This document shows, piece after piece, positions 17,215-23,601 of a stretch of DNA of 32,000 nt; positions within the stretch are counted from its first letter, which is position 1; every line of letters begins with the position of its first letter. Source of the stretch: Candidatus Saccharimonadota bacterium (GTDB taxonomy: Bacteria; Patescibacteriota; Patescibacteriia; 2-12-FULL-60-25); NCBI GenBank assembly GCA_016699205.1, contig CP064964.1:780001-812000 (forward strand). Direction: 5' to 3'. The position numbers and the translations under genes were made by a program. The notes below the pieces were generated by a model. The model searched no databases. It saw only the letters and a program-made list of their open reading frames with translations, and was not told where the DNA came from.

Positions 17215-18177
17215 TTAACTGGCGATAATGCGGGGTATTCCGTCGATGACTTTGATTTTTCCTTTGACGGCAAAACCGGAAGCGCGCTTGTGGCCACCGC
17301 CGCCGAGCTGTTGGGCTAGGCGTGAGATATCTCGTTTCATGCTGCGCATGGAGCCTTTGATTAGGCCATCGCTTTTCTCGCGTAGGACGAGCATGGTGTC
17401 GGCGCCGGAGCAGGCGGAGCTGAGAAAATTGGAAACGCCTTCTACGGCTTCATCGCTGCCTGGGACTTCCAAATCATCGGCTTTGAACCAGGTGATTGCC
17501 ATGTCGTATTCCGGAACGTGGCGGAGACGCTCGAGGGCTTTGCCCCAAATTTTGAGTGAAGCGACGCTTTTGTTGCGTACGAGATTTTTTAGAATATCCA
17601 TGTGACGCGCGCCGGATGCAAAACAGGTGCTGGCTGCTTCCATCGCTTTTGAGTTCGTGGCGCTGTTGGAAAAGTGTGAAGTATCCGTACAGAGACCGGT
17701 GAGCAGGGAGGTGGCCATTCGATCGTCGAGGATGACGTTGTTGGCTTCAAAAAAGCGGTAGACCATCTCACAGGTAGAGCTGGCTTTGGTATCGACCAAG
17801 TTAATAGCGCCAAAGAGTTCATTGGTGGCGTGATGGTCGATATCGACGATCAGGGGCTTGGTTGGGATGCGGGGGATGAGTTCGAGAATGCCGCAGTGTT
17901 TTAAGCTGCCCGTATCAAAAGTGATGACGATGTCCCAGGGCTGATCAAAGACACTCGGATCATTGGTTTGATCGTGAATGCCGTCGAGGAAGCGGAAGTT
18001 TTTTGGGATCGGGGCAACGCAAAAGAGGGCCGTTTGTTTACCTTCACGCTGGAGCCAGAGATAGAAAGCCGAGCTTGAGCCGAGGGAATCGCCGTCGGGT
18101 TTTCCATCGCCCACGACTAAAATTCGTTGGCTTTTAGCCACGGCGTCAAAGAGTTCCTTGAAGGGCAGGCCATTCAT
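17215..18177 (-). CDS. nrnA: DHH/DHHA1 phosphoesterase, NrnA-type oligoribonuclease/pAp phosphatase
   Basis: 320 aa with the motifs GDGKPDGDSLGS, DTG, DIDHHATN and a C-terminal GGGGHKRASGF (DHHA1). Confidence 0.85.
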   Translation of the reverse strand: MNGLPFKELFDAVAKSQRILVVGDGKPDGDSLGSSSAFYLWLQREGKQTALFCVAPIPKNFRFLDGIHDQTNDPSVFDQPWDIVITFDTGSLKHCGILELIPRIPTKPLIVDIDHHATNELFGAINLVDTKASSTCEMVYRFFEANNVILDDRMATSLLTGLCTDTSHFSNSATNSKAMEAASTCFASGARHMDILKNLVRNKSVASLKIWGKALERLRHVPEYDMAITWFKADDLEVPGSDEAVEGVSNFLSSACSGADTMLVLREKSDGLIKGSMRSMKRDISRLAQQLGGGGHKRASGFAVKGKIKVIDGIPRIIAS

Positions 18178-18189
18178 AGGTAATAGGCC

Positions 18190-18218
18190 AACCTAAAGGT
18201 TTTTTGACGAATTGTCAA
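18190..18218 (-). promoter_or_regulatory. candidate promoter for nrnA (short leader)
   Basis: On the minus strand: TTGACA (18218-18213), a 17-nt spacer, then TAGGTT (18195-18190). The -10 ends 12 nt from the ATG. The -35 sits inside the palindrome TTGAC-N5-GTCAA (18204-18218). Confidence 0.35.
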
Positions 18219-18222
18219 GCTT

Positions 18223-18570
18223 CTAGACTTCTCCCTTCTTACGCAGTTCAAGTAGTTCGTTTTCGATCACGGCTGCATGTGCCTCGGTTTCATCAAACGC
18301 ATAGTGGATGCGCGGCATGCGGCGGAGGCGAAGACGCTTGGCCAGGCCGTCTTTGATTTCATGGTCGTAGTCCTCAAGGGTGCGGATGGCCTCGTCTTTC
18401 ATGTTTTCCGGAAATACGGACATGACAAATTTGGCGTGGCCGGTGCTGGCGGTGATTTTAGCCGAGAGCACCGTCACCATCATTCCCAATGGAAACTCAA
18501 CATCCTCTGCCAAGACTCGGGCAAAGGCGTCTTTTAGGTGTTCAAATCCAGCTTCTACGCGGAGTGACAT
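18223..18570 (-). CDS. rbfA: ribosome-binding factor A
   Basis: 115 aa. The layout is typical of RbfA (...VTVLSAKITASTGHAKFVMSVFPEN...LAKRLRLRRMPRIHYAFDET), and the context (nrnA downstream) is common for rbfA. Confidence 0.75.
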   Translation of the reverse strand: MSLRVEAGFEHLKDAFARVLAEDVEFPLGMMVTVLSAKITASTGHAKFVMSVFPENMKDEAIRTLEDYDHEIKDGLAKRLRLRRMPRIHYAFDETEAHAAVIENELLELRKKGEV

Positions 18571-18583
18571 ATAATAGCAGGTT

Positions 18584-18661
18584 TCAGTGGTCAGTGGTCA
18601 GGTTAGGGGAGATTTGGGGTTTGGACAAGGGCTACTGACCACTGTAAACTGACCCCTGACA
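18584..18661. promoter_or_regulatory. divergent rbfA/smc control region with inverted GGTCAG / CTGAC(C/A) motif arrays
   Basis: The left side has TCAGTGG tandem repeats (cagtggtcagtggtcagg, 18585-18602). The right side has ctgaccactg (18635-18644), ctgacc (18649-18654) and ctgaca (18656-18661). cagtggtcag and ctgaccactg are exact reverse complements. A candidate smc promoter, TTGGAC (18621-18626), 18 nt, TAAACT (18645-18650), lies between them. Confidence 0.3.
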
Positions 18662-18672
18662 CCTGCTCATCT

Positions 18673-20889
18673 ATGTATTTGAAACGGCTGGAAATCCAAG
18701 GATTCAAGACCTTTGCCCAGAAGACGGTTCTTGAGTTCAAGCCCGTCGCTTCCGGTCGTCGAGGTGTTACGGCGATTGTCGGGCCAAATGGCTCGGGTAA
18801 ATCCAATGCCGCTGATGCTATCCGTTGGGTTATGGGCGAGCAGAGCTTGAAGCTGCTGCGCGGCAAGAAATCGGAAGATGTGATTTTTTCTGGTTCCGAT
18901 AAACGCAGCCGCAGCGGTTTTGCCGAGGCGACCATGGTGCTTGAGAATGAGGGCGAGGACCGCACCGGACTTGATGTGGGAGAAATTGCGGTCACACGCC
19001 GTTTGTATCGCGATGGTCAGTCGGAATATGAAGTGAATCGACAGAGCGCGCGTTTGCAGGACGTGGCACTTTTGCTTGCGCAAGCAGGAATCGGCCAGCG
19101 CACATATTCCGTTATCGGTCAGGGTATGATCGACCATGTACTGGTCGCAAGTCCGACGGAGCGCAAGGAATTTTTTGATGAAGCTTTTGGTTTAAAACCA
19201 TTCCAGCTCAAGCGACAGAGCGCTTTGAATAAGATCGATGAGAGTAAAAAGAATTTAGGGCAGACGGAATCGCTTTTGAATGAGATTGGTCCGCGGCTTG
19301 CGACATTGGAACGTCAGATCAAGCGCCTCGCAGAACGCGATACGCTGCAGGCTGAGTTACAGAGTCTTGAACGAGCTTATTACGGTTCCGAGTGGCATCA
19401 GATCGATGGCGGAATCAAAGCGGCAACATCCAAGCTTGAGCAAGCGCGTGTTGAGCAGGCAAAGCTGGTTGAAGTTGCCAATAAACTTGAAGCGGAATTA
19501 TCCGAGATGGAAAAGGCGACGCCGCGCGGAGATGGTTTTAAAGAGCTGCGCGCCAAGCTGGATGCGGTGGCAGCCGAGAAGGCGGCTTTGCGTGAACGTG
19601 AATTGAAATTGGAGACGCAGAAGGCTGTTGCTGCCGTGCGCGCGGAGAAGCCATGGGCGCCGCTTCCATTATCGAAGATCATTGAGGCGATTGAGAGCTT
19701 GCGAGAAGCGCATGAAGATTTGGTGAATGAGCTTGGTAAAGCGAGTCCTGATATCGCCAAAGCCAAAAAGTTGGCGGAATCGTTGCGTCTTACGAGTGTT
19801 GATTTGGCCGGCAAATTACAGCGTCCAGCACCGGAGCCGGAGCAGAGTAAGTCAGAGATGGATCCTGAGGTTGAGAAGGAATTGAAAGAAATCGCCAAGG
19901 CTTATGCGGATTTGGCCGAGCAGACAATGAAAGCCAATGCCGAGCTTGAGTCTTGGAATCGCGGAGAAGATGAAAAGCGTTCGCATATTTTTAAGACGCA
20001 GCATGAGCTTTCTCAAAAACGTGCAGAAGCCCAGAGTTCGGAGCGGAGAGCTGGCGATGTATCGATTGAACTCGCGCGTTTGGAAACGCGACGCGATGGA
20101 TTGCTCGCGGATCTGCGTTTGCATGCGCCGACGCTTGAACAAGAATTAGCCGCTCTTGCTGTTAAGGCTGATAAGCCGGAGGCTGACGCGGCTGCACGCA
20201 TGCAAAAGCTGCGTTCCCAGCTGGAGTGGATTGGCGGTATTGATCCGGAAACGATCAAGGATCATGGAGAAACCAAAGAGCGTTTTGAGTTTTTATCCAA
20301 ACAGATCGAGGATTTGCGACAGGGAATTCAGGCGCTTGATTTGGTTGTCGCAGAATTGGACTCAACGATTCGTGATCGGAGTGCGACAGCGTTCACAAAG
20401 TTGAATCGCGAGTTTTCGAGTTACTTCAAGAAATTGTTCAATGGCGGTGAAGCATCTCTTGTTGAGATGCAGCCTGAGCCGGAGACAGATGAAGAAGGAA
20501 ATATTATTTCCGAGCCCGCAGAAGGAGAAGTGGCTGGTGTTGATATTCAAGCCACGCCGCCTGGGAAACGTTTCAAGTCGATTGCGCTTCTGTCTGGCGG
20601 TGAACGTGCGCTGACTTCCATCGCCCTTATTTGTGCGATCATGGCGACCAATCCATCGCCGTTTGTGGTGCTTGATGAAGTGGATGCGGCGCTTGATGAA
20701 AGTAACTCACGCAAGTTTGCGGAGATTATTGGAACACTTGCCGATAAGACGCAGTTTGTTGTTGTGACGCATAACCGCGCGACGATGATGCAAGCATCCG
20801 TCCTATACGGCGTAACGATGGGGGATGATGGGGTTTCGCAATTGCTGTCTGTGGACTTTGCGGATGTGGAAAAGCTCCGTAAGAATTAG
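18673..20889 (+). CDS. smc: SMC-family ATPase, unusually short (738 aa) and lacking a recognisable hinge domain
   Basis: The N-terminal head (MYLKRLEIQGFKTFA...IVGPNGSGKSNAADAIRWVMGEQSLKLLRG...DVIFSGS) and C-terminal head (LSGGERALTSIALICAI...VVLDEVDAALDESN...VVVTHN) are canonical SMC. Only about 400 heptad-rich residues lie between them, and there is no Gly-rich hinge or RATFLPL-type motif. Confidence 0.85.
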   Translation: MYLKRLEIQGFKTFAQKTVLEFKPVASGRRGVTAIVGPNGSGKSNAADAIRWVMGEQSLKLLRGKKSEDVIFSGSDKRSRSGFAEATMVLENEGEDRTGLDVGEIAVTRRLYRDGQSEYEVNRQSARLQDVALLLAQAGIGQRTYSVIGQGMIDHVLVASPTERKEFFDEAFGLKPFQLKRQSALNKIDESKKNLGQTESLLNEIGPRLATLERQIKRLAERDTLQAELQSLERAYYGSEWHQIDGGIKAATSKLEQARVEQAKLVEVANKLEAELSEMEKATPRGDGFKELRAKLDAVAAEKAALRERELKLETQKAVAAVRAEKPWAPLPLSKIIEAIESLREAHEDLVNELGKASPDIAKAKKLAESLRLTSVDLAGKLQRPAPEPEQSKSEMDPEVEKELKEIAKAYADLAEQTMKANAELESWNRGEDEKRSHIFKTQHELSQKRAEAQSSERRAGDVSIELARLETRRDGLLADLRLHAPTLEQELAALAVKADKPEADAAARMQKLRSQLEWIGGIDPETIKDHGETKERFEFLSKQIEDLRQGIQALDLVVAELDSTIRDRSATAFTKLNREFSSYFKKLFNGGEASLVEMQPEPETDEEGNIISEPAEGEVAGVDIQATPPGKRFKSIALLSGGERALTSIALICAIMATNPSPFVVLDEVDAALDESNSRKFAEIIGTLADKTQFVVVTHNRATMMQASVLYGVTMGDDGVSQLLSVDFADVEKLRKN

Positions 20890-20892
20890 CTG

Positions 20893-20926
20893 ATAAAAAA
20901 ATCCCCCAATCGGGGGATTTTTTTAT
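20893..20926. terminator. bidirectional terminator between smc and rpsP
   Basis: Stem ataaaaaaatccccc / gggggatttttttat with loop aatc. It overlaps the rpsP stop codon (20923-20925). Confidence 0.85.
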
Positions 20927-21240
20927 TTGGCTGCTGCCTTTTCTTTCTCGAGCTTTGCCTTGCGGCGGATCGAGAGGCCGGCGAGCTTTTTCTTATCGCC
21001 TTTGAGGATACCCTGGTCGATGAAGAGGTTGCGGACCGTGTCCGAAGTCTGTGCACCTTTGCTGATCCAGTACTCCACGCGCTCCTTCTCAATATTGAGA
21101 GTGGCTGGATTGGTAAGCGGGTTGTAGGTGCCGAGAATCTCGAGGGCTTTACCCCACGGGTCGCGGGCTTTTTCAGACACGATAAAGCGGTAGGAAGGTT
21201 GTTTCTTCTTTCCGATACGGGTCAAACGGATGGTTAACAT
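20923..21240 (-). CDS. rpsP: 30S ribosomal protein bS16
   Basis: MLTIRLTRIGKKKQPSYRFIVSEKARDPWGKALEILGTYNP is the canonical S16 N-terminus. A Lys-rich C-terminal extension follows. Confidence 0.97.
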   Translation of the reverse strand: MLTIRLTRIGKKKQPSYRFIVSEKARDPWGKALEILGTYNPLTNPATLNIEKERVEYWISKGAQTSDTVRNLFIDQGILKGDKKKLAGLSIRRKAKLEKEKAAAK

Positions 21241-21413
21241 GAGGAAATTTAACTTGGGATAATAGGGAATCTCTGTCGCCAGACAGGACTCCTGAGCACG
21301 GGCAAAAGCTTATAGGAAAGCCTTAAAATGGTCAAGATTGGCCCTTGTTTGGGGGTTATGATACGCTTTTTCCAGCCCAGTTCACGGGCAAACTCATATT
21401 TTATCTTGCCGAT

Positions 21414-21811
21414 ATGGACGAAATGCAAAAGGACCAGCAGTTTCTCGAATACGTGTTAAGTCCCTGGTGAATCACCCGGAAGACGTTAAAACCACCCGTG
21501 AAATCGACGATCGCGGCGTGAAAATCACGCTGCACGTTAACCCCGAGGATATGGGGTATATCATTGGACGCCAGGGTCAGACGGCCCGTGCGCTCCGCAT
21601 CTTGCTCAAGATCGTTGGCGCCAAGGATGATGCCCGCGTCAGCATGGTGATCTACGAGCCAGAAGAAATGCGCCGTCAGCATCAGGAAAAGAAGGGCGCT
21701 ATGATGGGAGAATCGATGGGAGCTCCGATGGCAGGCGATCGACCTAAGCCGCGCGTTCACGGGGACGCTGGATTGGTTTCGGATGACGACTTGGCAGATC
21801 TCGGAATCTAA
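21414..21811 (+). CDS. KH-domain RNA-binding protein (YlqC/UPF0109 family) with apparent 1-nt frameshift near 21453-21457; intact part 21467-21811
   Basis: The ORF from gtg 21467 encodes (V)NHPEDVKTTREIDDRGVKITLHVNPEDMGYIIGRQGQTARALRILLKI, which is a KH core (GxxG). The expected family N-terminus (...FLEYVVKSLV-) is split. ATG 21414 gives MDEMQKDQQFLEYV in the +1-shifted frame, then VKSLVNHPEDV follows in the main frame. A ~45-aa C-terminal extension is atypical. Confidence 0.7.
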
Positions 21812-21817
21812 TTTCCA

Positions 21818-21849
21818 CAAAACCCCTCTCCATACCGAGAGGGGTTTTG
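21818..21849 (+). terminator. rho-independent terminator/attenuator between the KH gene and trmD
   Basis: 13-bp perfect stem caaaacccctctc / gagaggggttttg with loop catacc, followed by gtttgtgattt. Confidence 0.7.
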
Positions 21850-21886
21850 GTTTGTGATTTCAGGCGAGACGTGGCAATCTTCTTTT

Positions 21887-22579
21887 ATGAAAAAGCCTCT
21901 GCGTATCGATATTGTGACGATTTTCCCGGAGATGGTTGATCCGTATATGCACGGGTCGATTTTAGGGCGCGGGGAAAAGGCTAAGGCTTTGTCGATTCAT
22001 ACGCATCAGCTTCGGAAGTGGACGCATGACAATCATAAGACCGTCGATGATAAGCCGTTTGGCGGAGGGCCTGGAATGTTGATGAAGGTGGCGCCGTTTC
22101 ATGAAGCGCTCGTGTCACTCAAGCTACGAACCAAAGATGGGAAGAAGACGGCGGGTTCAAAAAAGACGCGGGTTATTGTGACGAGTGCAAAGGGGAGGCC
22201 ATTCACACAGAGTGATGCGGTTCGATTATCGAAATATAATCAACTGGTTTTTTTGTGCGGCCGATATGAAGGGATTGATGAGCGCGTCATCGAGCATCTG
22301 TGCGATGAAGAGTTTTCCATTGGTCCGTATGTGCTGACGGGTGGGGAGTTGCCGGCGATGGTGATGGCGGATGCGGTAGCAAGGCTTCGTCCGGGAGTTC
22401 TTGGAAAGGCAGAATCCCTTGCTCGTGAATCGCACACGATTGAAGGAGAGCTGGAACATGCGCAATATACTCGACCAGATAAATATCCTTTGAATAAAAA
22501 GAAAAGTTGGGATGTGCCGGAGGTTCTTCTATCAGGTGATCATAAAAAGATTGAAGAGTGGAGATCAAAACGGAAATGA
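21887..22579 (+). CDS. trmD: tRNA (guanine37-N1)-methyltransferase
   Basis: From ATG 21887: MKKPLRIDIVTIFPEM...VDDKPFGGGPGMLM...LCGRYEGIDERV...SIGPYVLTGGELPAMVMADAV.RL.PGVLG...LLSGDHKKIEEWR, all TrmD signatures. The ORF-track gtg at 21854 lies only 5 nt after the terminator and adds a non-family extension. Confidence 0.93.
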   Translation: MKKPLRIDIVTIFPEMVDPYMHGSILGRGEKAKALSIHTHQLRKWTHDNHKTVDDKPFGGGPGMLMKVAPFHEALVSLKLRTKDGKKTAGSKKTRVIVTSAKGRPFTQSDAVRLSKYNQLVFLCGRYEGIDERVIEHLCDEEFSIGPYVLTGGELPAMVMADAVARLRPGVLGKAESLARESHTIEGELEHAQYTRPDKYPLNKKKSWDVPEVLLSGDHKKIEEWRSKRK

Positions 22580-22615
22580 AAAAACCCCGTCTCGCAGATG
22601 CGAGGCGGGGTTTTT
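22580..22615. terminator. bidirectional terminator between trmD and the ARH gene
   Basis: Stem aaaaaccccgtctcg / cgaggcggggttttt (one G-U pair) with loop cagatg. It has a 5' A-tract and a 3' T-tract. Confidence 0.8.
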
Positions 22616-22618
22616 CTA

Positions 22619-23539
22619 TCAGGCATATTTGTCCATGAGGCGTGTACCGAGATCGATGAGGTATGGCGCGCCGGTGTGCGGGTTGCCGCGCTCGAGATCG
22701 CGCTCCAAGAAGTCGGGGAGCGTCTCGTCCTGGTATCTCGCCGAGGCGATGCCCCAGGAGATGGCCGCCGTCGAGTCGACATCGCCGCCCCAGCGGATCG
22801 CCTTGAGGAGAATCTCTTTTAGCGAGCGCTCCTGCGAGACGAGATGCGCGACCGACCACACGGAGGTGAGGCCGATGGAGCCGTAGGGACCGCTCACGAC
22901 GGGAACGCCGGGCCAGGGCTTGTTGAAGATCTTGAGGAATTCCGCATCTTCTCTGGGGAGATGGCTTGTGCAGTAGACTCCGATCTTGCTGAGCGGTCCG
23001 TCCTCGTAAAGCGCGTAGTGGCTCATGAGGGCGACGGCGCGGGCGCTGAAGCGTCCGACGGGCGTGTCATGCGTGATCGTGGCCTGCAAGGTCGCGATCT
23101 CGAGCAGAGGCCCGATCTCACGAATCACGCCGAATGGTACTGCACGCATGGCCGCGCCGTTCTTGTCGGAATCCGGACGCAGGCGTTCCAAGAGTTCTGC
23201 GCCGGAGTCGATCTCCTCGAGCAGGGCTTGGAAGCCGCGCGAGTAGCCCTTACGCCGGCCGCCGCGAGCGAACTCGGCCACGTAGGCGTCCGCGAACTGG
23301 AGCTTGGTGTAGGGGGCGTCGTGCGCGATGAGGACGCGGGCGTTGGCCGCGGACATCTCGGTGTCGTCGGTGTAGAGACCGGGATGATCCTGATGCGTCG
23401 GATGCTTGATGTAGCGCTGGAATGCGAGACATTGAGCGCGAATGTCGTTGTCGCGCGGAAACTTGATGTACTCGGTAGCCATGCCGTACGCATCGCCCAT
23501 TCCGATGCGGAGGAGAAGGTTGTTGTTTCGGAAGCGCAT
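22619..23539 (-). CDS. ADP-ribosylglycohydrolase (ARH/DraG) family protein
   Basis: 306 aa with GMGDAYGMATEY near the N-terminus, YTDDTEMS, GAAMRAVP and WGGDVDSTAAISWG. These are the Asp-rich metal-binding motifs of the ARH fold. GC content is markedly higher than in the flanks. Confidence 0.8.
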   Translation of the reverse strand: MRFRNNNLLLRIGMGDAYGMATEYIKFPRDNDIRAQCLAFQRYIKHPTHQDHPGLYTDDTEMSAANARVLIAHDAPYTKLQFADAYVAEFARGGRRKGYSRGFQALLEEIDSGAELLERLRPDSDKNGAAMRAVPFGVIREIGPLLEIATLQATITHDTPVGRFSARAVALMSHYALYEDGPLSKIGVYCTSHLPREDAEFLKIFNKPWPGVPVVSGPYGSIGLTSVWSVAHLVSQERSLKEILLKAIRWGGDVDSTAAISWGIASARYQDETLPDFLERDLERGNPHTGAPYLIDLGTRLMDKYA

Positions 23540-23601
23540 GTCGCCGACCTCTCTTTGTCATGAAAGTCCTGGCGCGACCCTAAGAGATTTTTAGTATTTC
23601 G

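Noticed and set aside
15630-19137. Antisense ORFs opposite the ORFan, clpP, nrnA, rbfA and smc (15630-16043(-), 16584-16922(+), 17228-17605(+), 18277-18537(+), 18603-19137(-))
   Set aside because: Each is embedded in a gene with strong family signatures on the other strand, and none has independent start, terminator or motif support. For 15630-16043(-) the evidence is weaker, because the sense gene is itself an ORFan. Even so, the sense ORF is longer and is bracketed by terminators.
21401-21820. 139-aa minus-strand ORF covering the KH-domain gene
   Set aside because: It is antisense to a clear KH (GxxG) domain and would run into the rpsP promoter region with no terminator.
22287-23563. Multiple long ORFs overlapping the ARH gene in other frames, for example 22287-22859(-), 22844-23563(+), 23125-23493(-) and 23250-23561(-)
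   Set aside because: They are R/P/A/G-rich translations typical of off-frame reading in GC-rich DNA. Only the 22619-23539(-) frame carries a coherent set of family motifs.
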